Assembly: GCA_044220955.1 (NCBI GenBank)
Contig: JBGAQA010000011.1
Coordinates: 1 to 64,000, forward strand
Direction of reading: 5' to 3'
Source: Sandaracinaceae bacterium
Lineage (GTDB): Bacteria > Myxococcota_A > Polyangia > Polyangiales > Sandaracinaceae
DNA length: 64,000 bases
Shown: positions 20,510 to 30,166 of the stretch, piece after piece
How positions within the stretch are numbered: position 1 is the stretch's first letter
Layout: every line of letters starts with the position of its first letter
The notes under the pieces: generated by a model
What the model was told of the DNA's origin: nothing
Database searches by the model: none
What the model saw: the letters and a program-made list of their open reading frames with translations, nothing else
Program-made: the position numbers and the translations under genes

Positions 20510-22309
20510 ATGGCGCGCGACTCGTTCCGTCCCTCGCTGCCGCTCGGTGAGGTGAAGCCGAAGGCGGCGATCGGCGGTGTGTCGATCCCGACGGCGCCCG
20601 CCACGGGCCTCTACGCGTGGATGCCGGGCCTCTGGGTGCTCAAGCACTACCGCCGCGCGTACCTCGCGAGCGACGTGGTCGCGGGGCTCGCCCTCACCTC
20701 GGTGCTCGTGCCCGCGGGCATCGGCTACGCGGTCGCCTCGGGATTGCCGGCCATCACCGGCCTCTACGCGACGATCATGCCGCTGGTCGCGTACGCCGTC
20801 TTCGGTCCCTCGCGCATCCTCGTGCTGGGGCCGGACTCGGGGCTCGTCGCGCTCGTCGCCGCCGCGGTGATCGGCGCGTCCGAGGGCGACGAGGGTCGCG
20901 CCGTCGCGCTCGCCTCCATGCTCGCGATCCTCACGGGCGCGCTCTGCATCGTGGCGGGGCTCCTGCGTGCCGGGTTTCTCACGGACCTGCTCAGCAAGCC
21001 GGTGCGCGTCGGCTACATGAACGGCATCGCGCTGACGGTCCTCGTCGCGCAGCTGCCCAAGCTCTTCGGGTTCTCGGTGCACGCCTCGGGCGTCCTCGGG
21101 GGCGCCCTCGCGTTCGGAGGTGGCGTGCTCGGGGGCCAGACCAACCCGGTCGCGCTGGGTCTCGGCGCGGGCTGCCTGGTGATCATCCTCGGCCTCAGGG
21201 CCTTCGCTCCGCGCGTGCCGGGCGTGCTCGTCGCGATCGTGCTCGCGACCACCGTCGTCACGCTCGCTCACCTCGACGCGTCGATCGGCGTCGTCGGGCC
21301 CGTGCCCCGGGGCGTGCCGCTGCCGTCCTGGCCTGCCGTCGGCTGGGACGACGTCGCCGAGATGTCGGTCGCCGCCGTCGGGATCGCGTTCGTGTCGTTC
21401 GCGGACACCAGCGTCCTCTCCCGCACGTTCGCCGGGCGGCAGGGGCTGAGGGTCGACGCCAGCCGCGAGCTCATCGGGCTCGGCGTCGCCAACGTCGTCG
21501 CGGGCCTGTTCCGCGGCTTTCCCATCAGCAGCAGCTCGTCGCGGACGCCCGTCGCCGAGGCCGCCGGTGCCAAGACGCAGGTCACGGGGGTCGTGGGCGC
21601 GCTGGCCATCGCCGCGCTCCTGAGCGTCGCCCCCTGGTTGATGCAGAACCTGCCGACGACCGCGCTCGCGGCGGTGGTGATCTCGGCGGCCCTGACGCTC
21701 TTCGACCTCCGCTCGCTCCGCGTCTTCCACTACGTGCGGCGCTCGGATCTCGTCCTGGCGATCATCGGCTTCTTCGCCGTCGCCGTCCTGGGCGTCATCA
21801 CGGGCATCGCCGTCGCCGTCGGCGTCTCGATCCTCGACTTCGTGCGCCGCGCGTGGCGCCCGCACGACGCGGTGCTCGGCCGCGCCGAGGGCGTGAAGGG
21901 CTATCACGACGTGGAGCGCTACCCCGAGGCGCGGCAGGTACCGGGCCTCTTGCTCTACCGCTGGGACGCGCCGCTCTTCTTCGCGAACGCCGACCTGTTC
22001 CGTGCGCGCATCCTCGACGTGATCGACGGAGCAGAGAGCCCGGTCCGCTGGGTCGTCGTCGCCGCCGAGCCGATCACGGACGTCGACACGACGGCGGCCG
22101 AGATGATCCAGGAGCTCGACTACGAGCTCGGCGTGCGCGGCGTCGAGCTCGCCTTCGCGGAGATGAAGGATCCGGTGAAGGACCGCCTCGGTCGCTACGG
22201 GCTGAAGGCGCGCATCGGCCACGAGCACTTCTACCCGACGGTCGGCGTCGCGGTGCGCGACTACCTCGACACGCACGACGTGGACTGGAAGGACTGGGAG
22301 AGCGCATGA
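20510..22309 (+). CDS. SulP/SLC26 anion permease with STAS domain
   Basis: DVVAGL, GLYA, FGPSR, SSSSSRT, APLFFANA, DVDTTA. Confidence 0.93.
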   Translation: MARDSFRPSLPLGEVKPKAAIGGVSIPTAPATGLYAWMPGLWVLKHYRRAYLASDVVAGLALTSVLVPAGIGYAVASGLPAITGLYATIMPLVAYAVFGPSRILVLGPDSGLVALVAAAVIGASEGDEGRAVALASMLAILTGALCIVAGLLRAGFLTDLLSKPVRVGYMNGIALTVLVAQLPKLFGFSVHASGVLGGALAFGGGVLGGQTNPVALGLGAGCLVIILGLRAFAPRVPGVLVAIVLATTVVTLAHLDASIGVVGPVPRGVPLPSWPAVGWDDVAEMSVAAVGIAFVSFADTSVLSRTFAGRQGLRVDASRELIGLGVANVVAGLFRGFPISSSSSRTPVAEAAGAKTQVTGVVGALAIAALLSVAPWLMQNLPTTALAAVVISAALTLFDLRSLRVFHYVRRSDLVLAIIGFFAVAVLGVITGIAVAVGVSILDFVRRAWRPHDAVLGRAEGVKGYHDVERYPEARQVPGLLLYRWDAPLFFANADLFRARILDVIDGAESPVRWVVVAAEPITDVDTTAAEMIQELDYELGVRGVELAFAEMKDPVKDRLGRYGLKARIGHEHFYPTVGVAVRDYLDTHDVDWKDWESA

Positions 22310-22336
22310 GCGCCGGGCCCCGGGGCGCGGACGCGC

Positions 22337-24646
22337 TCACCCGCCCGCCACGGGCACCCAGACCAGGCCGAAGCGCTCGATGGTCACGTACGCCTTCTTG
22401 GCGTTGATCACGCGCTCGCCGATCGTGACGCGCGCCGGATCCCAGCTCGCGCGAAGCTCGGTGAGGGCGGCCTCCAGATCCTTCTGCATCTGATCGGCCG
22501 TCTGCACCGCCTCGGCGTGGTCGGCCGTCGCGCGCGCGGCGTCCGTACCTCGCTTCTGAGCGCGCCGCGCCTTGGTCGCCACGCTCGCGGCACCTCGGAG
22601 CGCGCTCCTCCGACCGAACATCGCGCCGAGCACGGTCGCTCCGAGATCGAGGCTCGACGCGACGACCGCGGCGTTCCGGTCCGCGGTGGAGTCCTCGATC
22701 TTCCGCGAGGCCTGCTCGACCTTGCTCCGTGCCTTGTCGATCTTCGGCTGCCACTTCGCGACCAGGTCGTCGACCTCCGCGTCCCGCCGCTCGCGGAGCA
22801 CGAGCGCGAGGCGCGTCGCGAACGCGTCGCGCGACTCGCCCGGCGCCCCCACGAGCTTCAGCTCCGGCACCTCGTACACGCGCAAGGGCCGGTCCCGGGT
22901 CACGTGCGCCATCGCCGTCGCCCGCCAGCGCTCCCACGTGGGCGGGCGCGTCGCGACCACCGGCAGATCGGCGAACACCGCTCCCGCGACGGGCGCCTCG
23001 GCCAGGGCCGGCGTACCGCCCTCGAACACCCACGCGTCGCCCCACGAGGGGCTCTCGGCCCCGAGCGGCGCGATCAGGCCGAGGCGTCGCGTGGCCGACA
23101 CCAGGCGGTCCTCGTACGAGATGCTCGCGATCAGGAGGGCGCCCGGGCGGTACCCGAACCCGCTCGGGAGATCGGAGCGTACGAGGAACGACTCGCGGAT
23201 CTCCGGCGGCAGCACCGGCCGGGCGCCCGCCGCGGCCTGTGCACGGAAGCTGGGGGCCGCGAGCGGGGCGCTCGCCTCGGGCGCCGGGCTCGCGGCGAGC
23301 CGTGTGAGCTCCTCGCGCGAGAGCGGCCCGCGCAGGTACGAGAGCGTCTGGCGCACCTCGAAGCGCCGCGGCGTGGGCGTGGTCACCGAGTGGTGGACGA
23401 ACGTGCGTGGCGCCAGGCCCGCCAGCGTCGCCTCGAGCGAGGCGCGGTCGAACGAGCGCCCCGACTCCGTGCTCGCCCCCTCGAGCCCGTCGAGCACGCG
23501 CTGCCGGTCGCGATCCGTCGAGAGGCGTCCGAGCAGCCAGGTGCCGGTGTTCGACATGCCCTTGTAGTCGAGGTCCACCGGGTTCTGCGTCGAGAGCACG
23601 ATCCCGAGGCCGAACGCGCGCGCCTGCTTGAGCAGCGTGAGCATCGGGCGCTTCGTCGGGGGCTCGGCGACCGGCGGGAAGTAGCCCGCGATCTCGTCCA
23701 TGTAGAAGAGCGCCCGCAGCGACGACGTGCCTTGCTGCGCCCGCACCCAGCGCACGAGCTCGCCGAGCAAGACCGTCACGAAGAAGTGACGATCCGCCTC
23801 GGAGAGGTGCGCGATCGAGAGCACCGAGAGACGAGGGCGCCCGCCCGGGCCGTAGAGCAGCTCGCCGATGTCGAGCGCTGCGCCCTCGACGAAGCCGGCC
23901 ATGGCCGGTGAGGCGAGCGCGCCGTTGATGGCGACCGCGAGCGTGCCTCGGTCCTTCGGCGTCACGACGGCGTCGACGTCGAGCACACCGAGGCGCGTGA
24001 AGGGCGGCACGAGGATCGTGCGCAGGAGCTCGGGCAGATCGAGCGAGCGCCCGTGCGTCCAGGCGTCCTCGAGGAGCGTCGAGAGCAGCGTGTGCTCGCC
24101 ACTGCGTGGGTCCGGGTCGTGGCTCGCGAGCCCGAGGAACGCGCTCGCCGTCGTGACCGCTCGCTCGCGGAGCGCGTCCGGGTCGGTCTCGCCCGCGCGC
24201 GGCGCGGCCAGCGAGGGCAGGGGCGAGAGCGGGCGCCCGAAGCGCGCTCCCGGCGTGTAGAGGACGCGCTCCGTGGCGGCGTAGCGGCCGACGCGCGCGG
24301 CGTCTTGTCCGAAGTCGGCGAGGCGGGCCGCGTGCTCCGCCGAGACGCGCGCGGGGTCCTCGCCGGGTGGCGTCCACGGCGCGAACGAGCCGGCACCGAG
24401 ATCGGGGAACGCGAGCAGGAGGCTCGCGAGGTCTCCCTTCGGGTCGACGACGATCGCGGGGATGCCGTCGAGCGCGGCCTCCTCGAGGATGGTCACCCCG
24501 AGGCCCGTCTTGCCCGAGCCGGTCATGCCGAGGATCAGCGCGTGCGTCGTGAGACTCCGGGCGTCGACGACGAGAGGTGTGCTCGCGTCGGTGCGGCCGA
24601 GGTAGAGGGCGCCGAGGCCCTCGAAGGACTCCGGGGTGAGCGGCAT
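22337..24646 (-). CDS. DUF87/HerA-like P-loop ATPase
   Basis: Walker A GMTGSGKT, VDPKGD, Walker B FYMDE, LLKQARAFGLG, TQNPVDLDYK; coiled-coil C-terminus. Confidence 0.85.
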   Translation of the reverse strand: MPLTPESFEGLGALYLGRTDASTPLVVDARSLTTHALILGMTGSGKTGLGVTILEEAALDGIPAIVVDPKGDLASLLLAFPDLGAGSFAPWTPPGEDPARVSAEHAARLADFGQDAARVGRYAATERVLYTPGARFGRPLSPLPSLAAPRAGETDPDALRERAVTTASAFLGLASHDPDPRSGEHTLLSTLLEDAWTHGRSLDLPELLRTILVPPFTRLGVLDVDAVVTPKDRGTLAVAINGALASPAMAGFVEGAALDIGELLYGPGGRPRLSVLSIAHLSEADRHFFVTVLLGELVRWVRAQQGTSSLRALFYMDEIAGYFPPVAEPPTKRPMLTLLKQARAFGLGIVLSTQNPVDLDYKGMSNTGTWLLGRLSTDRDRQRVLDGLEGASTESGRSFDRASLEATLAGLAPRTFVHHSVTTPTPRRFEVRQTLSYLRGPLSREELTRLAASPAPEASAPLAAPSFRAQAAAGARPVLPPEIRESFLVRSDLPSGFGYRPGALLIASISYEDRLVSATRRLGLIAPLGAESPSWGDAWVFEGGTPALAEAPVAGAVFADLPVVATRPPTWERWRATAMAHVTRDRPLRVYEVPELKLVGAPGESRDAFATRLALVLRERRDAEVDDLVAKWQPKIDKARSKVEQASRKIEDSTADRNAAVVASSLDLGATVLGAMFGRRSALRGAASVATKARRAQKRGTDAARATADHAEAVQTADQMQKDLEAALTELRASWDPARVTIGERVINAKKAYVTIERFGLVWVPVAGG

Positions 24647-24758
24647 GGGCCGTTACACAACACGAAGGCGCGCGGCTGGCAACCCTATCGGCGGGTCGGT
24701 CTGACGGGGCCGCTCGCATCGCCTCGCGAGAAGAGCCGTCCGTTTGCGGGACAGCTCT

Positions 24759-26303
24759 TCAGCGCCCCGCCACGCCCGGACCGACGCGACGGATGACCGC
24801 GATGCGTCGTGGCAGCGCGCCCGGCAGCTCCACGGGGGCACGCGATCCGAAGAATCGGCGCTCCATGCGCCGGGCGCGCGCGTAGAGGTCCGAGGGCGCG
24901 ACGGCCTCGCAGCCGCCGGGGATCGTCGTGCGCGTCGCGGTCGCGATCGCGATCGCGTCGGGCCAGAGCGCGTCGTCCTCGGGCAAGGGTGCCGAGCATG
25001 CGCTCAGCGCGGCGAGGTAGCCCACGCCCGGCGTCCCGAACGCGGCGAGGTAGCCCGAGAGCTCGGCGCGGACGAGCGGCGAGGCCTCGCCCGCGCAGCC
25101 CGGGCAGGCGAGATCGGCCGAGGGGCCGTCGGCGACGTGCCGGAGCTCGTGCGCGGCGACCGAGCGCGCGACGAGCGCGACCAGCGACTCGAGCGCGTCC
25201 TCGAGATCCGCCTGCGCGCGGAGGCGCTCGCTCGCCGCGACGAGCTGTGTGGCCTCCTCGATGGTCACGTCGGGGCACTCGTCGCCACGGCTCGCCTCGA
25301 GCGCGAGGCGGAGCATCGCGCGGCTGTGCGCGGACAGGCCGCGGTAGGGCAGGCCGAACACGCGGAACCGACTGCCGCAGGCGTGGCGGGCCTCGATGGA
25401 GGCTGCGGCCTCGAGCAGGGCCTGCTGGTCTTCGGCGGTCTCGGTGAGGATGCCTCGGTCGTAGGCGTCGAGCGCCGCCTCCACCTCGCGTCGGACGCCC
25501 GCTGCGAGGCCGCGCTCGCGCGGCGCGAGGCGCTCGTCGAGCGCGGGGTTGAGCGCAGGCCACACGTGACGCAGCGTGAAGTGCAGCACGCGATCGGCCA
25601 CCACGAACGCACCTTCTCGCTCGCGGTCGGTCCGGCCCAGCCACGTCTCGGCGATCGGCGCGGCGTCGAGGCGCCGGAGCACGCGCACGCGCTCCCCTCG
25701 CCTCGCGCGCACGTCGGCCACCGCGACGTAGGAGCGCGCGAGGATGTGGCCGCGCTCGCCGCGCCGGAACGCGCTCGCCTCCAGCCGATAGGGCGCGCCG
25801 ATCCGGTCCATGTACGCGTCGTGCGCCCAGAGCAGGTACTCGATCCGATGCGCGCTCGCGATGGGGTCGGCCGCGATGCGGTCGTGCAGCTCCCGCCAGA
25901 GCGCGTCGAGGTTCGGGTCCGGCTCGATCTCCTCGAGCAGCTCCCGGTAGGCGTACTCGGCGCGGCGCCGGCCCGCGGGCGTGTCGGCGTGGTTCTGCTC
26001 GGCGAGCCAGTCCGGCACGAGGTGCGCGTGGAAGCGCTCGAAGTCGATCCGGCCGAGCGCGTCGTGGTCGATGTAGTGCCGCGGCTCGTAGAGCGGGTCG
26101 CCGTGCAGATCGATCTCGTGGCGCAAGAGCGCCGTGATCACGTCGCCGCGCGTCTCGAAGGTCCAGCCCAGGGCCAGCACGAAGGTGCCGATCGCCACGA
26201 TGCTGCGGAGCGTGCTCCGCCGGCCCGCGGCGATACCCGCGAGGGCCTCGGCGTCCTCCTTCTCCAGGCCGTCGTCGTCGGTCACCCGCGTCCTTCGAAC
26301 CAT
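24759..26303 (-). CDS. Membrane-anchored hypothetical protein with HExxH motif
   Basis: TM segment IVAIGTFVLALGWTF; AAHELRH followed by RAELSGY. Confidence 0.7.
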   Translation of the reverse strand: MVRRTRVTDDDGLEKEDAEALAGIAAGRRSTLRSIVAIGTFVLALGWTFETRGDVITALLRHEIDLHGDPLYEPRHYIDHDALGRIDFERFHAHLVPDWLAEQNHADTPAGRRRAEYAYRELLEEIEPDPNLDALWRELHDRIAADPIASAHRIEYLLWAHDAYMDRIGAPYRLEASAFRRGERGHILARSYVAVADVRARRGERVRVLRRLDAAPIAETWLGRTDREREGAFVVADRVLHFTLRHVWPALNPALDERLAPRERGLAAGVRREVEAALDAYDRGILTETAEDQQALLEAAASIEARHACGSRFRVFGLPYRGLSAHSRAMLRLALEASRGDECPDVTIEEATQLVAASERLRAQADLEDALESLVALVARSVAAHELRHVADGPSADLACPGCAGEASPLVRAELSGYLAAFGTPGVGYLAALSACSAPLPEDDALWPDAIAIATATRTTIPGGCEAVAPSDLYARARRMERRFFGSRAPVELPGALPRRIAVIRRVGPGVAGR

Positions 26304-26406
26304 GGTGCGGAGCACCGTTGGGTGGCAAGCGCCCCGCGGCGCCCGCGAGGGAGCTTGGACAACGCGGCGGCCCCGAGGTTCCCGCTCGGCTACCCTGCGC
26401 ACCCTC

Positions 26407-27333
26407 ATGAGATCCGGAGTGCAGACGTGGACGTGGCCCGCTGCGGCGCTGCTGTGTGCGGCGGCTGCACCCTGGCTGGCGCCCGCCGCCGCGCCTGCCC
26501 TGGCGCCGCCGCTCCCGCGCCACGCCTCGAGAATCGTCGCGCTCGGGCTCCCGGCCGACGAGCTCGCCCTCGCGCTCGTGGGCCCGGAGCGGATCGCGGC
26601 CCTCGATCGCTTCGCCGACGACCCGAGCGCCTCGAACGTGGTCGAGGACGCCCGGGCGGTGTCGCGCCGCGTGGCCGTGAGCGCGGAGGCGATCGCGGCG
26701 GCCGGGCCGGACCTCGTGCTCGTGCCGGCGTGGACCGGTCCGGATCTCGACGCCTCGCTCCATCGCTTCGGGATCGCGACGCTGCGCCTGCGGACCCCGG
26801 GATCGGTCGGCGACGTCCACGCCGCGATCCGCGAGGTCGCGGTCGCGCTCGACGCCGCCGCCCGTGGCGAGCGCCTGGTCGGCGAGCTCGACGCGTCGCT
26901 CGCCCGCACGAGGGCTCGCGTCGCGCGGAGCGCGCCCCGGCCGACGGTGCTGCTCGACGCCGGCTCGGGCCTCTCTCCGGGCGCCGGGACGCTGCTCGCC
27001 GAGCTCGTCGAGATCGCCGGCGGCGAGCTGCTCCTCGCGCGCGGCGGTGAGCGGGGCTTGGTGCCGCTCTCGCTCGAGCGCGAGCTCTCCCTCGATCCGG
27101 ACGTGCTGCTCGTCGACGCATACCGCGCGGACGCGCGCGCGCGCGGGATCGTGGACGCGACGCGCGCGGCGCACGGGCTCGATCCGCGGCTCGCGGCGCT
27201 TCGGGCCGTCTCGTCCGGTCGCGTGCGCCCGATGGCGGCGCGCCTGCTCCTCACGACGACGCACCACGTCGCGGCGACCGCCGACGCGCTCTTCGAGGCG
27301 CTCCACGACGCGCCGGGAGCTCCGCCCTCGTGA
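26407..27333 (+). CDS. Cobalamin/Fe-siderophore ABC substrate-binding protein
   Basis: RIVALG..ADELALAL, AEAI...PDLVL, LSLERELSLDPDVLL, LRAVSSGRV. Confidence 0.82.
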   Translation: MRSGVQTWTWPAAALLCAAAAPWLAPAAAPALAPPLPRHASRIVALGLPADELALALVGPERIAALDRFADDPSASNVVEDARAVSRRVAVSAEAIAAAGPDLVLVPAWTGPDLDASLHRFGIATLRLRTPGSVGDVHAAIREVAVALDAAARGERLVGELDASLARTRARVARSAPRPTVLLDAGSGLSPGAGTLLAELVEIAGGELLLARGGERGLVPLSLERELSLDPDVLLVDAYRADARARGIVDATRAAHGLDPRLAALRAVSSGRVRPMAARLLLTTTHHVAATADALFEALHDAPGAPPS

Positions 27334-28343
27334 CGCGCACCCTCGCCCTGCTCGCGCTCGCGCTCCTCGCGGCCTGCGCGCTCTCCCTGCTCGTCGGCCC
27401 CGCGGCGCTCTCGCCCGGCGAGGTCGCCGTGGCGCTGAGCGGTGACGGCGAGACCTGGATGCGCGTCGTGGTCGTCGAGGTGCGCCTGCCGCGCGTACTG
27501 CTCGCGGCGCTGGGCGGTGCGGCGCTCGGCCTGGCGGGCCACGCGCTGCAGGGCCTCTTTCGCAACCCGCTGGCCGATCCGTCGGTGCTGGGCGTCTCGA
27601 GCGGGGCGACCCTCGGCGCGGTCGGCGCGCTCTATCTCCTGGCGGGGGCCGCGTCGGGGACGGCGATGCTCCTGGTCGTCCCGGCGGCCGCGTTCGCGGT
27701 GGCTCTCGGCACGGCGCTGGCCGTCTACCGCCTCGCCGCGCGCGGACCCATCGTGTCGACCACGGCGCTCGTGCTCGCGGGTCTGGCGATCTCGTCCCTC
27801 GCGAGCGCGCTCACCTCGCTCGTGCTCGCGGTCTCGCTCGCCGACTGGGAGCTCGGGCGGCAGCTCCTGTCCTGGTTGCTCGGCGGCCTGGACGACCGGA
27901 CGCTCGCGCACCTCTTCCTCTGCGCGCCGCTCGTGCTGATCCCGGGGCTGGCGCTCGCCCCGCACGCGAGGGCGCTCGACGCGCTAGCGCTCGGCGAGGA
28001 GCACGCGCTCTCGGTGGGCGTGGACGTGGGACGCCTGCGCCGCGACGTGCTCGTGCTCGCCTCGCTGCTGACGGCCGGGACCGTCTCGGTGATGGGCGCG
28101 TTGCCCTTCGTCGGGCTCGTGGTGCCGCACGCGGCGCGCAGGCTCGCGGGCCCGCTCCATGCTCGCGCGATGCCGCTGAGCGGGCTCCTCGGCGCGCTCC
28201 TGCTCGTGATCGCGGACACGATCTCGCGCGCGGCGGCGGGGCACGTCGATCTGCGCCCGGGCGTCTTGACCTCGCTCGTCGGCGCCCCCTTCTTCGTGTT
28301 GCTCTTGCGGCGCGAGCGCGTGCGCGAGGAGGATCCCTCGTGA
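27330..28343 (+). CDS. FecCD/BtuC-family ABC permease
   Basis: VRLPRV, LQGLFRNPLADPSVLGVSSGA, LGEEHALSVGV, FVGLVVPH, GAPFF. Confidence 0.93.
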   Translation: MTRTLALLALALLAACALSLLVGPAALSPGEVAVALSGDGETWMRVVVVEVRLPRVLLAALGGAALGLAGHALQGLFRNPLADPSVLGVSSGATLGAVGALYLLAGAASGTAMLLVVPAAAFAVALGTALAVYRLAARGPIVSTTALVLAGLAISSLASALTSLVLAVSLADWELGRQLLSWLLGGLDDRTLAHLFLCAPLVLIPGLALAPHARALDALALGEEHALSVGVDVGRLRRDVLVLASLLTAGTVSVMGALPFVGLVVPHAARRLAGPLHARAMPLSGLLGALLLVIADTISRAAAGHVDLRPGVLTSLVGAPFFVLLLRRERVREEDPS

Positions 28344-29110
28344 GCGCGCTGCTCTCGCTCGCCTCGGTGACCGTGATGCGCGGCGCGCGCGCCGTGCTCG
28401 ACGACGTGTCGCTGGAGGTGCGTGCAGGGGAGATCGTCGGCCTGCTCGGACCCAACGGGGCAGGCAAGAGCACGCTCTTGCGCGCGGCGCTCGGGCTCGT
28501 GCCGCGCGCCCGTGGGACGGCGCGCGTCGGCGACCTCGACCCCGCGACGGCCGATCGACGCGCCATCGCCCGGCGCGCCGTGCTCCTGCCGGAGCGCGCA
28601 GGCACCGGGTCCGGCCTCACGGTGCGCGATGTCGTTCGCACGGGGCGTTACGCGCACGTGGACGGCTTGGGCGCGGGGACGGCGGCGGACCGGGAGGCGG
28701 TCGATCGGGCGCTCGAGGTGCTCGGGCTCGCGAGCTTCGCGGAGCGCCCCTTCGACGCGCTCAGCGCGGGAGAGCGCAAGCGCGTGCTCCTGGCGCGCTG
28801 CGTCGCGCAGGAGGCTCCTCTGTTCCTGCTCGACGAGCCGACCTCCACCCTCGACCTCGGCCACGCGCGCTCCCTCTTCGACGCCGTGCGGGGGCGGCTG
28901 GGCGAGACGGGGGGCGCGCTCGTGGCGATCCACGACCTCGGCCTCGCCGCGCTCGCGTGCGATCGCCTCGTCCTCTTGCACGAGGGGAAGGTCGCCGCGG
29001 CGGGCACGCCGGCGGACGTCCTCTCCGAGGAGCGGCTCGCGCGCGTGTTCGGGGCGCGTACCCGGGTGGAGCTGGACGCCGCCGAGGTGCGTGTCCGCAT
29101 CCCCCGCTGA
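28340..29110 (+). CDS. Fe/cobalamin ABC ATP-binding protein
   Basis: GPNGAGKS, LSAGE, LLDEPT, IHDL. Confidence 0.92.
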   Translation: MSALLSLASVTVMRGARAVLDDVSLEVRAGEIVGLLGPNGAGKSTLLRAALGLVPRARGTARVGDLDPATADRRAIARRAVLLPERAGTGSGLTVRDVVRTGRYAHVDGLGAGTAADREAVDRALEVLGLASFAERPFDALSAGERKRVLLARCVAQEAPLFLLDEPTSTLDLGHARSLFDAVRGRLGETGGALVAIHDLGLAALACDRLVLLHEGKVAAAGTPADVLSEERLARVFGARTRVELDAAEVRVRIPR

Positions 29111-29184
29111 CGAGCGCTTCGGGGCGCCACCTCGCCCGCGAGATCGCCTACCCTGGCGATCCACCCGCGCAGCGGAGAGTGAAC

Positions 29185-30114
29185 GTGACCGAGCGATATC
29201 GACTGGTGACGCGAAGCGACTTCGACGGCCTCGTCTGTGCCGTCTTGCTCAAGCAGATGGGGATCCTCGACGAGATCCTGTTCGTCCACCCGAAGGACAT
29301 GCAGGACAAGAAGGTCGAGATCAGCGCTCGCGACATCACGACCAACGTCCCCTACGTACAGGGCGTGCACCTCGCGTTCGACCACCACCTGAGCGAGACG
29401 CTGCGGGTGAAGGACAAGCCGGCGAACCACGTCATCGACCCGAAGGCCGAGTCGGCGGCGCGCGTCGTGTACGACTACTACGGCGGCGCCGCGCGCTTCC
29501 CGACCGTGAGCGTCGAGATGATGGACGCCGTCGACAAGGCGGACGCGGCGCGCTTCTCGAAGGACGAGATCCTGAGGCCGGGCGGCTGGGTGCTCCTCAA
29601 CTACCTGATGGATCCGCGCACGGGCCTGGGCCGCTTCCGCGACTTCCGCATCTCGAACTACCAGCTGATGATGGAGCTGATCGACGCCTGCTCGACCAAG
29701 AGCATCGACGAGATCCTGGCGATGCCCGACGTGAGAGAGCGCGTGGAGCTCTATCGCGAGCACGAGCCCAAGGCCCTCGAGCAGATCCGCCGCTGCGCCA
29801 CCGTTCGCGGCAACGCGGTCGTGCTCGACCTCCGCGGCGAGGACCCGATCTGGCCCACGAACCGCTTCGCCATCTACGCCCTCTACCCGCAGTGCAACGT
29901 GTCGATCCACGTGCTCTGGGGCCTGAAGAAGCAGAACACCGTGCTGGCCACGGGCAAGTCCATCCTCGATCGCGGCAGCAAGACGAACGTCGGCGAGCTG
30001 ATGCTCGCGTACGGGGGCGGCGGCCACGCAGCGGCCGGGACCTGCCAGGTCGACAACGCGAAGGCCGAGACCGTGCTCGGCGAGATCGTGGCTCGGCTGA
30101 ACGCCGACGGCTGA
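29185..30114 (+). CDS. DHH-family phosphoesterase (nanoRNase/exopolyphosphatase-like)
   Basis: RSDFDG, FDHH, GGGH motifs. Confidence 0.88.
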   Translation: MTERYRLVTRSDFDGLVCAVLLKQMGILDEILFVHPKDMQDKKVEISARDITTNVPYVQGVHLAFDHHLSETLRVKDKPANHVIDPKAESAARVVYDYYGGAARFPTVSVEMMDAVDKADAARFSKDEILRPGGWVLLNYLMDPRTGLGRFRDFRISNYQLMMELIDACSTKSIDEILAMPDVRERVELYREHEPKALEQIRRCATVRGNAVVLDLRGEDPIWPTNRFAIYALYPQCNVSIHVLWGLKKQNTVLATGKSILDRGSKTNVGELMLAYGGGGHAAAGTCQVDNAKAETVLGEIVARLNADG

Positions 30115-30166
30115 CCGCGATCGGTTCCCAACCCACCCGCGGCCAGGGTAGCGTGCCGGCCCACCC

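Noticed and set aside
22337..24646. HerA-type anti-phage defence system
   Set aside because: No effector (nuclease, Sir2) adjacent and no defence-island context
26304..26406. Cobalamin riboswitch upstream of the Fe/B12 ABC operon
   Set aside because: Gap is about 100 nt and I see no B12-box consensus
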